From NCBI GenBank assembly GCA_001244265.2, contig CDLV01000016.1, positions 124,001 to 188,000 of the forward strand: 64,000 nt of DNA, in the 5' to 3' direction. Each line of letters opens with the position of its first letter. Within the stretch, counting starts at the first letter, position 1. This DNA is from Microbotryum violaceum. Taxonomy: Eukaryota. Shown one piece after another: positions 24,901-37,659 of this stretch. The translations under genes were made by a program, and so were the position numbers. A model generated the notes under the pieces. That model was given only the letters and a program-made list of their open reading frames with translations, did not search any database and was not told the DNA's origin.

Positions 24901-25841
24901 TTGGATAAGCAAAGCGATACGACTGTCGAGGTAGCGGACATCGCGTTCCAAGACAAAGTTCTTCTTGGACTGGTTCGAAATCCGAGCCTTGAGGTCGCGC
25001 AACCGCTTTTGAGCTGGGGGCGACAACGCAGTGAGGACAAGTCAAGCCAATGGTGTCAGCTGGTAGATCATTTCGACCGTGATTGAACATATGCTTGTAG
25101 TGCCGTTCGATTCGAGCGCTGTCCGTAGAATCCACAGGCGGACGACAATTCGTACATCCGCGCTCGGACCACGCCTCCGATAGCAGCAAACCTCCTGCAT
25201 GCACCCTGCACCATGCCAACACCGTCACGACCTCGCGGCAAAGACGATCGTGTGTGTTTGCTGTGCTGCGTGTTGCTTCACTTGTCGCGTCGAGCCACAG
25301 GGGGCCGTCAAGTAATCACTGTTTTGGCGGTGGATCCGGACACGCGCCCGAGTCTTGTCGCGTGTGTCGATTGTGGATCCAATTCGCCAACGCCCCTCAG
25401 CTTGAATCGGCCAAAAACACGAACTCACCCCTGGCCAACTCGTCCTCGATTTCGGTATCCTGTAGCAGAAACGGCTCATCGAGTCAGGTGCGATTCCAGC
25501 GCGTCTTGTTGCCTGTAGAGCTGGGTCCCCGGGCCGCCGTGTTGAAGGGCGTACGCGACGAGCGTGCACGGTCCCCACCACACCGCCCAGCGCCCAACCC
25601 CAAACAGACGTGACCAGAGCGAGGAGGCATGCTTGCTTCCTTCGCTGCCGGGTTGGCGCTGCACGTCGCTCTTCCCACCAGCACTCTTCCCGCGTGTAGG
25701 ACTGCTCCGCACTAAAGCCACCAGCTTGACGATCAGACTCACCTGCTCAGCGGCCAAGGACTGCAGCGCCGAGAACCGGTTCGTCGAGCGATTGAGCATC
25801 CCTCCCACCCCGGCTCCCCCTGAGAAGCCAGGTGGTGCCAT
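21999..25841 (-). CDS. gap1: Ras GTPase-activating protein of the Sar1/Gap1 type with RasGAP_C domain (spliced)
   Basis: [48 protein letters not shown], arginine finger [50 protein letters not shown]. Last exon gives LNKSFVRKK*. Confidence 0.93.
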
Positions 25842-26329
25842 CGAGACTCGAGGTCAGTCGTGTGCTTTCGAAAAGGTGGCGACTTATCCGAGTGGGGAGA
25901 TGGTCGAATCGCGATGAGGCCGCAGGCGGGGCGGATGGTCAATGTCGAGCAGGGTCCGTAAAATAGGGGGAGGAGGGACACCCGCGAGCTCGCTGTATGC
26001 GCCCCAGCGGTCGATAGAACCCGCAGCGCGCAGACTCGCGCAGAGAGCCAAAGAGTAGACAAGGTCTGCTAAATCCACCCGCCAACCGCTCGCACCCCCG
26101 CTCTCTTCCTCGGCGTGAGCCTCCACCACTCCGACTTTGCTCATGCGGGCATCAAGCTTTCACCTTACAACATGCTGTTTCCACCCTGTTCTAGCATTTG
26201 CTCATGGAGCCTATAATAATCTACCTCGGCATGATTGAATGCCCACTTTTCTACTCCCTTCTTCCGCCGATCCTTATTATCTTTTTATCCAGTTCGACAG
26301 ATCAACTTTATGGGCATCACGAAGACATC

Positions 26330-27953
26330 TCACTCCGACTCGGTATCATAGCCCGACGACTCGGGTGAGCGCGTCCCTTTTTTAATAAACTTGCCATTCG
26401 GGTGCATCGAAGCTGGGAATTTGCAAGTCGAACCGAACTTGCACGCCAACCCGGCTGGACACGCATGCCCCGCCACGCACAAGGGATCCGTACAGGGCCG
26501 TCCTTTGGTCACGGTGTAGCATGCGCTCTTCTTGGCGTCAATGCGCAAGGTCGCAATGTTCTGTGCAGAGAGGTGGTAGTCGTGCGCGTAGGGGCACGAG
26601 TCGCCTCGCGTGCATTCGCCGATGAGGTAGAATATGTTGCAAGGAGGTGGCTGCGATGTTTGGAGGGGTGGCAGGATTAGAAGATATCTAAATGCGCATG
26701 TTCGTGAACGAAGCCCCTCACGTTCTGCCTCGAAAGCGGCTTCTTGGGGTCGATGGCCCTCAACTTGCCCGTGATCTTGATGAAGCCGTTCTCCTTGTCG
26801 CTAATCGAGGCTTTGTCCTTCACCCGTTTGGTCGTCGTCACGGGGATGAAACCCGTGCCCGCATTATTTGCCGTCGAAGCAGAAGGAGTGGCGTTCGAAG
26901 CAGCAGCGGTGGTTCCCTTCTTGGGCGTCTTGGGCGCACTGCCGAACGTCGAAGCTGACGATTTCAACTCGCTTGGCCCGGCAGCGACGGTCGGCATCAA
27001 TGACGACGACGACGACGACGAGCTTGTGTGCGGCATCGAGACGATCAACTTCTTTCTCTCAAAGAGGTCCTCGAATTCGACCTCCTGGATCGCTAATTGT
27101 TTAATCGCGAACGCCATCTCGCTACTACGGATAAGGTGCACCTTCCAGTCGAGCGCCTCGGTCTTGAGCGACTGCAATTGGTGCGCGTACCCACCATCGC
27201 TCGAACATCCGAGCACGAGCAACTTACACGCCATCATGCGGGCGTACATTCGCAACGTCTCGCGGAACTTGGCGTCGCATGCTTCTTTAAGTCCTCCGAC
27301 GTCGGTCATGAGGAAGAGGGGGTGGGCTTGGTTGAACCCTTGGATGAAGGCCGAGAAGGTCACGTCCGAGGCGATGCCCATTTCTTGGAAGACGCGGCTC
27401 AGGCCCTGCTTATTAAACCAGACTTGACAGATCACAGTCGGCTTGCCATTGCCCGTCGAGGTCTTGGACGCGAGTTCTGCGATGTGCTTCTGCAGAGCTT
27501 GCGCGGCATCGCGGCCGCCGTCTCGGCCTCGGGCGATTAGTTGACGGCTGAAGAGACACGCGTCCCCGTCGATCAGGCAGACGGCAAGGCTTTCGCTGTC
27601 CTGATAAAATGAGACGAGTCAGCATGAGTCAGATTTGAGTCGGGGGATCGATTGAAAGGCTTACCTCTAGGGCACGGAGAGCTCGCAGTGCGTTCTCTCT
27701 AAGCGCAACCTCTTTGCGTTGGGCGTCTTTCCAGCTGTGCAGAGGCAGCCGGCAACAGATTCAGACCCGGTAGCTGATGGGGTTGAGGCCGCACTGATCC
27801 CACTCACACGTTCAGTTCAAGTTCGAGATCGGCAATACGTTGCACGAGCTCTTCCCGGCCCGAGCACGCCTCGCGCACGATGTCGAGCGCCTGGGTCTGC
27901 AACGCGACATAACTCGCGAAAGCGTCGGCGGGTCCACCAGTTGGGGTCGCCAT
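26330..27953 (-). CDS. Fungal protein with an N-terminal coiled coil, a NYN-like domain and tandem CCCH zinc fingers (spliced)
   Basis: CLIDGD, FIQGFNQAHPLFLMTDVGGLKEACDAKFRE, LVLGCSSDGGY; C-terminal CNIFYLIGECTRGDSCPYAH and CYTVTKGRPCTDPLCVAGHACPAGLACKFGSTCKFPASMH. Confidence 0.82.
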
Positions 27954-29767
27954 AATTTGATGTAGGACGTGGGTTATCTGTCACACCAGTTGCTGGGAGG
28001 CGAGCGACTATCGAAGTTGTGAGAGTTAACGATCGTCGAGGGGTCGAGGGCTGGGGCTCCACTTGTCAGCGAGTGGCGGGCAAGAGAGGACACGAGCACG
28101 AGCAGGAAACGGAAGAGGGACGCAGCAGGGTGGATGGACGACGAGAAAGAACAAACGATTGTCTGCCGCCCGCGACAGCAACAACTCGATGAAACGGGCA
28201 GAAGTCAGGAGGTGGTTAGGGTGGCGAGGGTGGCGTCAGGGGAGATTTGCCGCCCTCCACTGACGCGTCGCGTGCGAGCCAGAGCCCGTGCAAAGTCTCC
28301 GACGCAAATTCCGCCGGCGAGCTGCTCACTGCTCACTGCTCACTGAGTCCGTCATTCCTGAATCCTATCTTGTGCTATGGGTCAAAGACCAAGGTGCACA
28401 TTCAAGCCACGACACGACACCACTCGCAGCTGAATTGCACTTGGTAGGTTTGGACGACAGGGCACGGCGCTATCGCTCTGTACTAGGATCACCTGCCAGT
28501 GACAAGCCAATCAGTTCATCGCTCCGTAACGCCCAGTCTCAACTGCCGAGCATGGACCCGACGGAAGGGAATGTTTGGACTTGGTCCTCTCCGAGTCGAG
28601 TCCGGGGCGCAATCGCCCGGACCAATTATGGTACCTGAGGGAAACGCTCAAATACGCATCTGTGGAATAGGATGGGCATTCGTGCCTCCTGAAATGCTCG
28701 ACAAGGGCGCTCTGGAGTTGACCACGCCCGCTTCGCTTCGAGGAAGGTGATCACAAAATCTTCCCGCTCGGCAGGTGGGATGCTACGTCGTGCAGGCTGC
28801 CAGGCTTCCCTCCGACTGAGTAACCCAAGGCGGTCGAGAACGTTGCGGTAGTACCAGAAAGTGTGTTCAAGTTGGTGGGCAAGTCCAGTTCAGAAAGGTA
28901 TATTGGGTACTCTCCGGGGCGGGGGTTGCTGTCTCCGACTCCGACGTGAGCTCATTCAGGAGCGCCACGGCCTCGGCGAACAGAGCACCGAGCTACCCGC
29001 CTCTGGCTACCCACATGTTATGCACTAGAACGTTTGAACCGCAAATCAAAAATTAAAAGGCCCCGCTCGGGCGATCAAAAGAGCCCACACAAGGAATCTG
29101 TAATGCCCCTTATTGGGCGAGGGCGTGAGGTGCCATCGGCCCCCAACGATCCGGACTGAAGACCAGTCCGGAATGTGCTGATCACAAATTTGCGCGAAGT
29201 CCGAGATCGAACATGTCGGCGTGCGCCCCCGAGAAGACAACTCCAACATTCAACTCTTCTCAGACTTTAGTGCCTAGGACACCTGTGACTACTACGGTAG
29301 GTAGGCGCGTAGTGTCACAACTGATCGCTTGCAAGCTAGAGATCGTCGCCCGCCGGCGTCAGACCGGAAGACGGGAGCGTAGATGGACCGTACTTCTGAG
29401 GCGCCTACACTTTTCCAAGCTGACCAGAATCAAGTCCTGACTTCGTAAGCAGTGTGCACGTGTGCGCGAAGTTCAAGCGGGCGCCAGTCGCCGGCAAAAC
29501 ATGCGCCGGCGAGCCGGCAACGTAATCCGGAGGCCGGTGCTATGCGCTTCCACCCCTCGAGGAGCCATGGGATTACATGAGCCCCACACGGCCCCGCATT
29601 CTACCGCACCCTGCGAGCGCGCCAGCGCCATGGGTAGAGGGAACGATAAAAATAACTGCGATAGTCGGGGGATAACGAATAGAGGATATTCACCTGACTC
29701 GAGATGAACCAGTCCCTCCTCTCTTTCTTCCTCATCTCCCAGATCCCCATCGGTTCGACAATCAATC

Positions 29768-32199
29768 ATGTTCGGCTTTGGTACTTTGTCCCGTTTCCTG
29801 ACCGCGGCCGCGGCTCTTTGCCTCACCGGCGTCAACGCGCTTCCCCGGCCCGAGGACAGCACGGCTCGCGTCGCGGGCACCGACTTCAGCACTCGATGCG
29901 CCAACATGGCGAGTGTCAAGATGCCTGGCATGACCATCTACGTGACAAAGCACTACGACGTTAACACCACCTTCAGCACCCCTGACGGTGAGTTGACTCT
30001 TTCGCCTTCGATCGGTCGGAAAAGATTTTCCTCCCAGGTTTCGCACACCTCTGGCCTGCACTACCTTTCCACAATACCCGAGCTGACACTTGGGGCTTTT
30101 TGATTCGGTTGTCTCTACAGCTTCTGTCGACTACAACTCTCCCGTAGCCGGACTCGCTGCTTTCTGCCGATTTGGTGCCGAGATCAAGACTTCGTCCCAG
30201 TCCAAGGTACGACGGTATCCACATGCTCGCGAACACCACCGTGACCCCCCCGAACGCTGGCTTACTTCTTCTGCGCTCGTGTACTTCTACAGGTCCGTTT
30301 CGAAGTTTGGATGCCCGATGACTGGTCTGGACGATTCGCCATGGTCGGAAACGGAGGTGACGCCGGTGGTGTCAACTACCCCGACATGGGCGTCCCCTTG
30401 ACCAAGTGTGAGTCTCCTTTTCCGACTACCAACCCCTTCGCCTATATACGCTCCGGACTGACAGCCCTTCTTTTTGGTTTTGTTCCGGATCATCGAGAAC
30501 AGACAAGTTCGCCGTCGCATCCACCGATGTCGGTCACAACGGCTCTGTCGGTGATGGTACCTTCGCCATCTCGAACCCCCAGAGCCAGATCGACTTCGGC
30601 CACCGAGCCGTGCACCTGACGGCGACCTACTCCAAGAAGCTTATCAGAACCTACTACGGTGGCGACGGAGCCAAGTACAACTACTGGATTGGTGAGTGGC
30701 TCTGAATAGAACGTCTTAACGCCCCTGTTTCAACTGCTGACGGTCCTTCGAGTTTAATAACCGCTCCGAACCCGCTCAGGTTGCTCCTCCGGTGGCAAGC
30801 AAGGGCTCAAGGAGATTCAATTCGACGCACACACCTTCGACGGTGTCCTTGCCGGAGCTGCGGCTCAATGGTGGCCACGCGAGTCCGAACCCCTTGTCGC
30901 AGTCAGTTTGCACGAGTACTGATCTCGGAAGGCAACCCTTTTGACCTGTTCGTGTCTTTCAGATCTCAAGTGAGTCTTTTCCCCCTGGATAGAAACCGCC
31001 TTGGAAAAAGCCATGGTTTGACCAGCACAGATTGACAAACACGTTCTACCATTTGCTTCCTACAGCGGCCAAATGTACCGACTCAATGCCTTCGTCAACA
31101 AGATCGGATCGACAGGCTACCTGACGGCGGCCAATTACAAAACGATAGGTATCGAAGTGCTCAAACAGTGTGACGTCCTCGGACAGGACAAGCTCAAGGA
31201 CGGCATCATTACGGACCCTGTAAGCTATCTCGCCTCTTCTTGTCTCCGCAAGAGCAAACCGCTTAGCTCTTTCCTGTCCTTTTTGTTATCACAACAGACC
31301 AAGTGCTCGCCCAAGCTCGAGGGCTTGCTGTGCTCGGCCAAGGGCGCGAATAACACGACCTGCTCGTCCCAAGCCCAGATCAAGACCATGTACACCATCT
31401 GGGCCGACTGGACCAGTTCTAGCGGCCTTTCGACCGGGCCCGGTGGAACGAACTATTTCCCTGGTTTCCAACCCGGATCCGAGGGCTACTCCAGCGCCTT
31501 CTCCGTCACCGACACGCCTTTCAGCCCTGGACCCGATTACTTCAAGTGAGCCTGTTGCCCATGCCATTCTGATCTTCTTCCTAGGCACGATCTGACAGAA
31601 ATATATGTCTGCCATCATGACCCAGCTACCAAGTGTTGAACAAAACAAGCGTGCAGCCCTTCACTGTCAAGTCGGAAGCTGACTTTGAGAAGCTCCTCAA
31701 GATCGCCGACGACACGGACCCCGGACAAACGAATGCTATCAACTCCGACATTCGCGGTTTCCTCAGTCGTGGCAAGCTCATCACTTACGTCGGTCTCGCC
31801 GATACCCTCATCCCGACGGGCTCGTCGCTCTTGTACCATGATCGCGTCAAGGCCAAGCTCGGCAACGTCAACGACTCGTTCCGTCTTTTCGCTATCCCAG
31901 TTATGTTGCACTGCTCCGGCGGCAACGGTGCGTTCAACATTGGTCAGGCCGGCCAACGCGACATCTCCCTCCAGGGCGCCGCTCAGAGTGCCTCCTTCAC
32001 GGCCAAGGACGATATGATCCTTGCGCTCATCGCATGGGTCGAGAAGAACCAGGCGCCCGATTCACTTGTCGGTGTCAACTACGTCAACGGCGACAAGCGA
32101 CAGGGTGTGGCTTTTGAGCGCCTCATGTGCCCCTGGCCCCAATTGGGTTACTACAGGGATGGTGACACTACCAAGGCCTCGTCCTTTCGGTGCAAGTAA
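29768..32199 (+). CDS. Secreted tannase/feruloyl esterase family protein, paralogue 1 (spliced)
   Basis: Signal peptide; FEVWMPDDWSGRFAMVGNGG, STDVGH, IDFGHRAVH, YWIGCSSGGKQG (Ser), FDGVLAGA, YVGLADTLI (Asp), MLHCSGG (His), RLMCPWP: the CS-D-HC motif. Confidence 0.93.
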
Positions 32200-33546
32200 A
32201 TCGCGTCGGAAACCGATGCAGTCTCAAGATTTTCTGTCGGGACATGTTCATGACCAAGTGGGACAAGTTGGCGGGTTCTTTTGAGGGTAAGTCATTAGCA
32301 ACTTTGCCACTTTGCAAAACGCGACTAAATAAATCTCGAGCTGCTAAACCCCCAAAAGTGCGCAAAATGTCACAGAATGCGCTAAAATTGGCAATGTTTG
32401 ATGAAGTTGACACTTAACATTTGGAGGAGTGCTCTGGTGAGGTGTATCAATTACAAAGTCTGGGTATCAGTATACCGAGTACTCGACCGGCAATAAATAC
32501 AAAGACATGATTTGCTGTCAACCCCTGTTTACAGTATTATGAATCAATTGACCAAAATCAGGACAGGGGCTATTCTGACAAACACTGACCCACAGCCCAT
32601 AAAAAGGCAAGTATACTACTGGTGGGGAGTAGTGGTCATTGTACCTGTGTATGCCCTCAAGTCAGTCAGGGTGGTGCACTCTGGTATTTCCAGTCCACCT
32701 GGGGGCTCTTCACCAGCAATGGTGTGGAAGGAGGATTGCTCAAATCCTCACAGATCCATTTGCGCCGCCCTCCCTTTCCCCTCCCCGCAACTCTGAGGCG
32801 TTCTTTGATCACGTAGAATTTTGATGCTAAATACCCTCCCAAAGCGATAACACACATGCTCACAAGTTCACAGATCTACAGTCAACTGGTCGTTCCAGAT
32901 GTCCATAACATTCTGGATATTCCATGCCGGCGTGAACTACCTTTTTCAAAATAGCACCTGCCCAAGATCCGATCGTAGAAGGTCCTCAACCGATTATTGT
33001 AGATTGAAGTCGCTGTGCGGCGACGGAAGAAGGAAATGCGCCTCTTGCGCCTGCGGACAGAGCTACAGAGTGTGAGTACCAGTGAGATCCCGTTAAAATT
33101 CACCTCTGGCTATATACATAAGCACGCTAAAAAGTGGCGCGCGCGGCGCGCCTTCGACCCTCGCTTCCGCGCGGCGTAGCCATACATGTTGCCCGCCTGC
33201 AACCCGGGTTGCTGGATGGCCCCAGGACTAGGGCAACTTGCTAATGAGATTGACCTGTTATTAGGGAGTACTTGTGCAATCGCCCACAGAGCTGTCTCTT
33301 CTAGCCTCCCCCCGCTCAGCGCAAAATCAGACCCGCCTCAGTTCTAACACGAGCACCAACTATTGTAACACACAGTAACACATTCTCGAATCAATCTACG
33401 ACATTTGTATCAGACAATGGGCAGGCATAAATGGAATCGCTTCAAGTTCTGACCTGACAGGCTACTTCGAGGGACATCCTGACTATAAGCCCCGAGGCCT
33501 TCGTTCGGACGCTCGAATCCGCACCAACATCCCCGGAACCCGGCAC

Positions 33547-34848
33547 ATGGTTACGTACACTGCGCGCCAAATTCAGCAAAGAACCTTCGATGAACATGCT
33601 CGTGGCGAAGCTAGCTCGCCGTCTCCTCGGCCTACAATGGCCCCTCCGATACAGGCCGATTTCGACGAAGCCGCCAACCCGAGTGGGATGGATTGGGATG
33701 ATGAACGTCACAGCGAGTACGGTGGTGGCCATGAACGCGACTTTAGTCCGGCCCCATATTTTTCGGATCGAACATGACGTATGCCAATCGCGCCTGACTA
33801 TATTGCAACCGCCGAGCGATTATCACTGGCTGATCTGCGCCAAGTCGAAAGTTTCGAACCAGCCACACGTGGTCAGTCGAAGAAAGAAACGTACAAGCAG
33901 TTTGTGTTCAACGACGCTCGTCTAAGGAGCTTGGAACGGCCAGCGCTTCTGCGCCAGTATATTGCGTTTTGCGCTGGGGCAGAAGCGAAAAAGAGGTGGA
34001 GGGAGCGCAACAGTTTTGAAGGAGTATAGGACCCGCATTCAAGACTTTGACGACATCCTCGCGCGCATCTTCACCGTCCCCGTTGACATTGCCGCCGAAT
34101 ATGAGGAATCGCGCCTATTCCGTGAAATCCTTTCACCCCTGTACCAAGAGTGCCAACGCCCCCTCCCTGAGGACGAAATAAGGACCGACGAGGACCAGGA
34201 GGGGAGTGACCGCCTTACTAAGATGGATCCAAAAGGTGTACCGCCCTTTTCTCGGGAAACGTGCCCCGGACGAGTACTGGGATCAGTTAGAAAGCGAACA
34301 TCGCACCTGGCAAGCAGCGCTCAGACCATTTGCAACGACGGTGCTTGTCAGGAGTAGGTCCAAGCTTTACCACTAGCCTACGCTGACCTCAAAAAGGTAC
34401 AATATCCGCTCTGAAAGGAGTGGACAGCTTGGTACTATGTATGGCCAACCCCCAGTGAAACGAGCTAGGAATTGCAGGATTACTGGTTCATGACAGTGCT
34501 CGTCCACGTTCCCGAACCTCCCAAGCCGCCCACCGATGCGGCCCGAGAGCCCGAAAGGAAGAAGATCTGGGACTCCTGGATTGTTGAGTGTGCCCACAGG
34601 TGGTTGGCGCTCTTGAGCAAACAGAGGGAGACGTATCGTTGGATGCGCAAGAGGGGTCCAGCGGAGAGGGTGCCGCGTTGACCTCAGGGGCACGAGAGGA
34701 GGACGCGATATCGGAACACAGTTCGGCGACAGGCCAACATTCCGACCACGGATCAGCAGCCCGCTCGGAGGCCAAAAGCAACCTCTCCGCCCTCTCCGAG
34801 CTGACCAGCCTGAGCAAGCTGGAGCGCGGCCTGGATACTGGGACATGA
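33547..34848 (+). pseudogene. Decayed unknown cargo gene inside the TIR element
   Basis: Consecutive ORFs 33547-33777, 33781-34029, 33962-34357, 34472-34681 and 34588-34848 joined by stops and frameshifts. No motif recognised. Confidence 0.45.
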
Positions 34849-35146
34849 GGCACCATGAGTGTCAATTCACCAGTTAGGCAATGACCGTCTCGAGTTTTCC
34901 GTGAGCGTGCGTAGCCATCTAGCTTGTATGTTATGTCAATGGAGATCCTGCATTGCAACCATGATTCACCCCGAGGGTACAACGCACTCCGAAGGCGGAA
35001 ATTCTTGTTCAATTTTTAACCTTAGGGCAGGGCGTAGATACACTACAACAGAGTCCCGCGCCTCCGGAAATGAGGAAGCGGTATGCGACGACATGCTTCA
35101 TCAATTCTAGGACACTCTTAACAAGCACTGTACAACCGGCGTGGCG

Positions 35147-35826
35147 ATGTGTACCCGCCGGAGGTACACACGACCGGTGCCCTCTCCAGCTGTGTACCCC
35201 TGGGGTTCCACGGCTCAGGCGCGGTCCGTCGCCGCCGACGGCCTTGCTGACTGCACTACAACAAACTTCCACGCCCCCGTTCAAAGCTCAGGATGTGTCT
35301 GGGGTTACGGAATGGAATAACCTCTCGCGACGAGACCGACGAAAAATTTGTTTGCTACATCCGACTTGCACTCTGAAAAGCCCGCAAGGCCAACGCACTT
35401 CCCTAGCTGAATTCTTCGTTCGAATCAGCCTCCGAGCAGAGCAGAGCGAAACTGCACTACAACGAACTTCCACGCACCCGCTCAAAGCCCAGGATGTGTC
35501 TGAAGTTACCGAAAGGATTCACCTCCCGCCGTTGGAGACTCGTATATGTTATTATACAGTGATCTGCCACCGGTGACCGACTTTGCACCCCCGGGGTACA
35601 CAAGGCGCAAGCGGGAAAGCGCCTGTGTACTCCCGGGGGCACGCAGGACTGGTCCACTCTTCCGCTGTGTACTCCCGGTAATGATCACACCCCGCGCGCC
35701 GAATGACTGTGTACCCCCGGGAGTACACAGCTTTGTCGGCGGCACAGGCCGGGTCCCTCGGGGTTACACTCTTGTACTCTTGTCGCGCGCCGACTCTGTG
35801 TATGTGTACCCCCGGGAGTACACAGC
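35147..35826. repeat. Array of ~24-bp palindromic motifs (CTGTGTACCCCCGGGAGTACACAG) with 42-bp period, plus a ~90-bp direct repeat
   Basis: Motif starts at 35147 and 35190, then 35581, 35623, 35665, 35707, 35749 and ~35802. ACTGCACTACAAC...CAGGATGTGTCTG repeated at ~35250 and ~35452. Confidence 0.85.
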
Positions 35827-36408
35827 CCCTACAAGGTCCTTGGCCGATGGACCGATATCCCTGCTCACTCGACTACATAAACTATCACGTCAACGGAGTA
35901 GGTATGCGGTGACGTATTTCATTGATTTTTGCTGACATGTTATCGCAAGCACTGTACAACGGAGCGCCGTTGGACGCGTCTGGACCCATGCTTTGGGGTG
36001 CTGTTGGAACAGAACAACTACAGCAACACCAATCCTCACCGCCCCCCGCCCCCCTCTGGCAACGTTCCCAAACCTGAACCTGCAGATGTCAGCACCGATG
36101 CGCACCAAATTTTAGTCTTTAACTTAGCAGAACCTTCAAGCTTGTCACGTACTGCAGTTCGGTGAGTGTGGCGGTGGCGGCCGGCTCGTGGGATCGTGGT
36201 CGTCAACGCGTCAACGCCTGATTAAGGCTGACATTCATCTTACTTTTGTGCACTGGCGTACATTTCCACCATGTGCGATATGGGCCGCATACAAAAAGCA
36301 AAGTCCTTCAATAACAAATAATCTACAGTCAACAAATGCGCCAAACCATCCCTAGCTAGCCCATGGGCTCGTCGAGAATCTCGAGGTCGTCCGAGTCTTC
36401 AACGCTTG

Positions 36409-36995
36409 TCAGCCCGACTCTCCGTCGCCCTCCCCGAGCTCAGCATCATCTTCTTCCTCGACCTCGTGCTCCGATCGTGAACCCAAAACTTCTTCCACTC
36501 GTTTTTCATACACATCATCGCGGTCTCGCTCGGCATGCTCCGCGGCTGGATCGGGGGTCAGGCCAAGTTCCCTTCGGAATGCGTCGAGGTCGATGGTTGT
36601 GTGGCGCACGTCCACGGCAGAAGGACCTGATGAGCGGCGGCTCGACTCAGTGACGAGACTCTGTATTTGAGTATTATTCAGCGTCGAAAGGCGGCGACCG
36701 AAATGACGTGGACTACCGCGCGACCGGCGCAACACCTGTTTCGCCCGTCCGGCGAAAACTCCTCCAATCAAACCGAATGCCGTGGGCCGCGATTCATGAA
36801 CTGCGGGTAAACGGGTAAACGCATTCTGAACCAGACAACCGAGAGATCATCGCATTCGGCGAGCCGATCCAGACGCTCTTTGACCAAAATCTGCCGGCGT
36901 TGAAGCACATACCACACCGCAGTGCCAACCTCGCCCGCGGGTGGAAGCGGCAAACGCTGACGCGTTGCTGGGAGCAGACAGGAGAGGCAACACAT
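36409..36995 (-). pseudogene. Possible C-terminal remnant of the element's transposase
   Basis: AVWYVLQRRQILVKERLDRLAECDDLSVVW plus an acidic tail, loosely like the KDZ C-terminus (ALIILAARMENLRKLKRAWFRDSSFLVLW plus acidic tail), in the same position and orientation. Similarity is weak. Confidence 0.3.
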
Positions 36996-37659
36996 CGTAT
37001 GGTCGGTGGGCTTCGATTCAAGATATACGACAGAAAGCGTGAGGGAACAGAAAGTAGTAAGACCAGGACCGTGATCGATAGCGGCGCGTCAAGCGGCAAT
37101 GCTGTTGCTCGCTCGCGCTCAGGCTCGTTACGGCTGGTCTACCAGCGTGGTGAGACGGCACGTGACTTAACCACGTCCATCAATGCTACCTTATCCCCAC
37201 CGCTAATGAGGTAATGATGTAATGATGTTCTAATCGAGCTTCTTCTCGCTACTAATCTAAAGAAGAAATTGACGATGAGTTTTCCGAGTATGCTTTATAC
37301 ACAATGGCAGCATTTATAAGATTGGATTACCCCGATACGAGCTCGCACGTACATGAGATGAACGTGTTGAAGGCCACACCAGCCTCTGTGTTGCGCTAGT
37401 CCTCGCGCCATCCAGCAACCCGGGTTACAGGCGAGCAACATGTATGGCTACGCCGCGCGGAAGCGAGGGTCGGAGGCGCGCTGCGCGCGCCACTTTTTAG
37501 CGTGCTTATATATATATAGCCAGAGGTGTTAAAATTAACGGGCGGATGAAATCCAAATCGCATGAGAATCGAAGAACAGTCTACATGATTTCAGCAGAGG
37601 TAAACCAAAACAAACAAGAAACGCAAAGATTTTCCATTCATCGCCGAAATATCCTGCCC

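Larger units (their letters stand above)
33101..37528. mobile_element. 4428-bp TIR DNA transposon with 8-bp TSD, probably a non-autonomous KDZ/Zisupton-type derivative
   Basis: Near-identical TIRs 33101-33237 and 37390-37528 (CACCTCTGGCTATATA...). TTAAAATT duplicated at 33093-33100 and 37529-37536. CACCT terminus shared with the KDZ end at 7338. Family assignment is inference. Confidence 0.9.

Noticed and set aside
15440-27540. Long antisense ORFs over housekeeping genes (e.g. 15943-16569, 20738-21274, 26744-27427)
   Set aside because: Shadow ORFs expected from GC-rich codon usage on the opposite strand.
29704-29767. Conserved upstream ATG (ATGAAC) before all three esterase genes as a regulatory uORF
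   Set aside because: Explained by shared ancestry of the promoters. It may lie upstream of the TSS, and it is ATG-AAC-TAG in paralogue 3.
35581-35826. Bona fide CRISPR array
   Set aside because: Eukaryotic context with no cas-like ORF. Repeats are degenerate, and linkers are only ~18 bp and partly resemble each other (GACCGGTGCCCTCTCCAG vs GACTGGTCCACTCTTCCG). Kept as a repeat finding.
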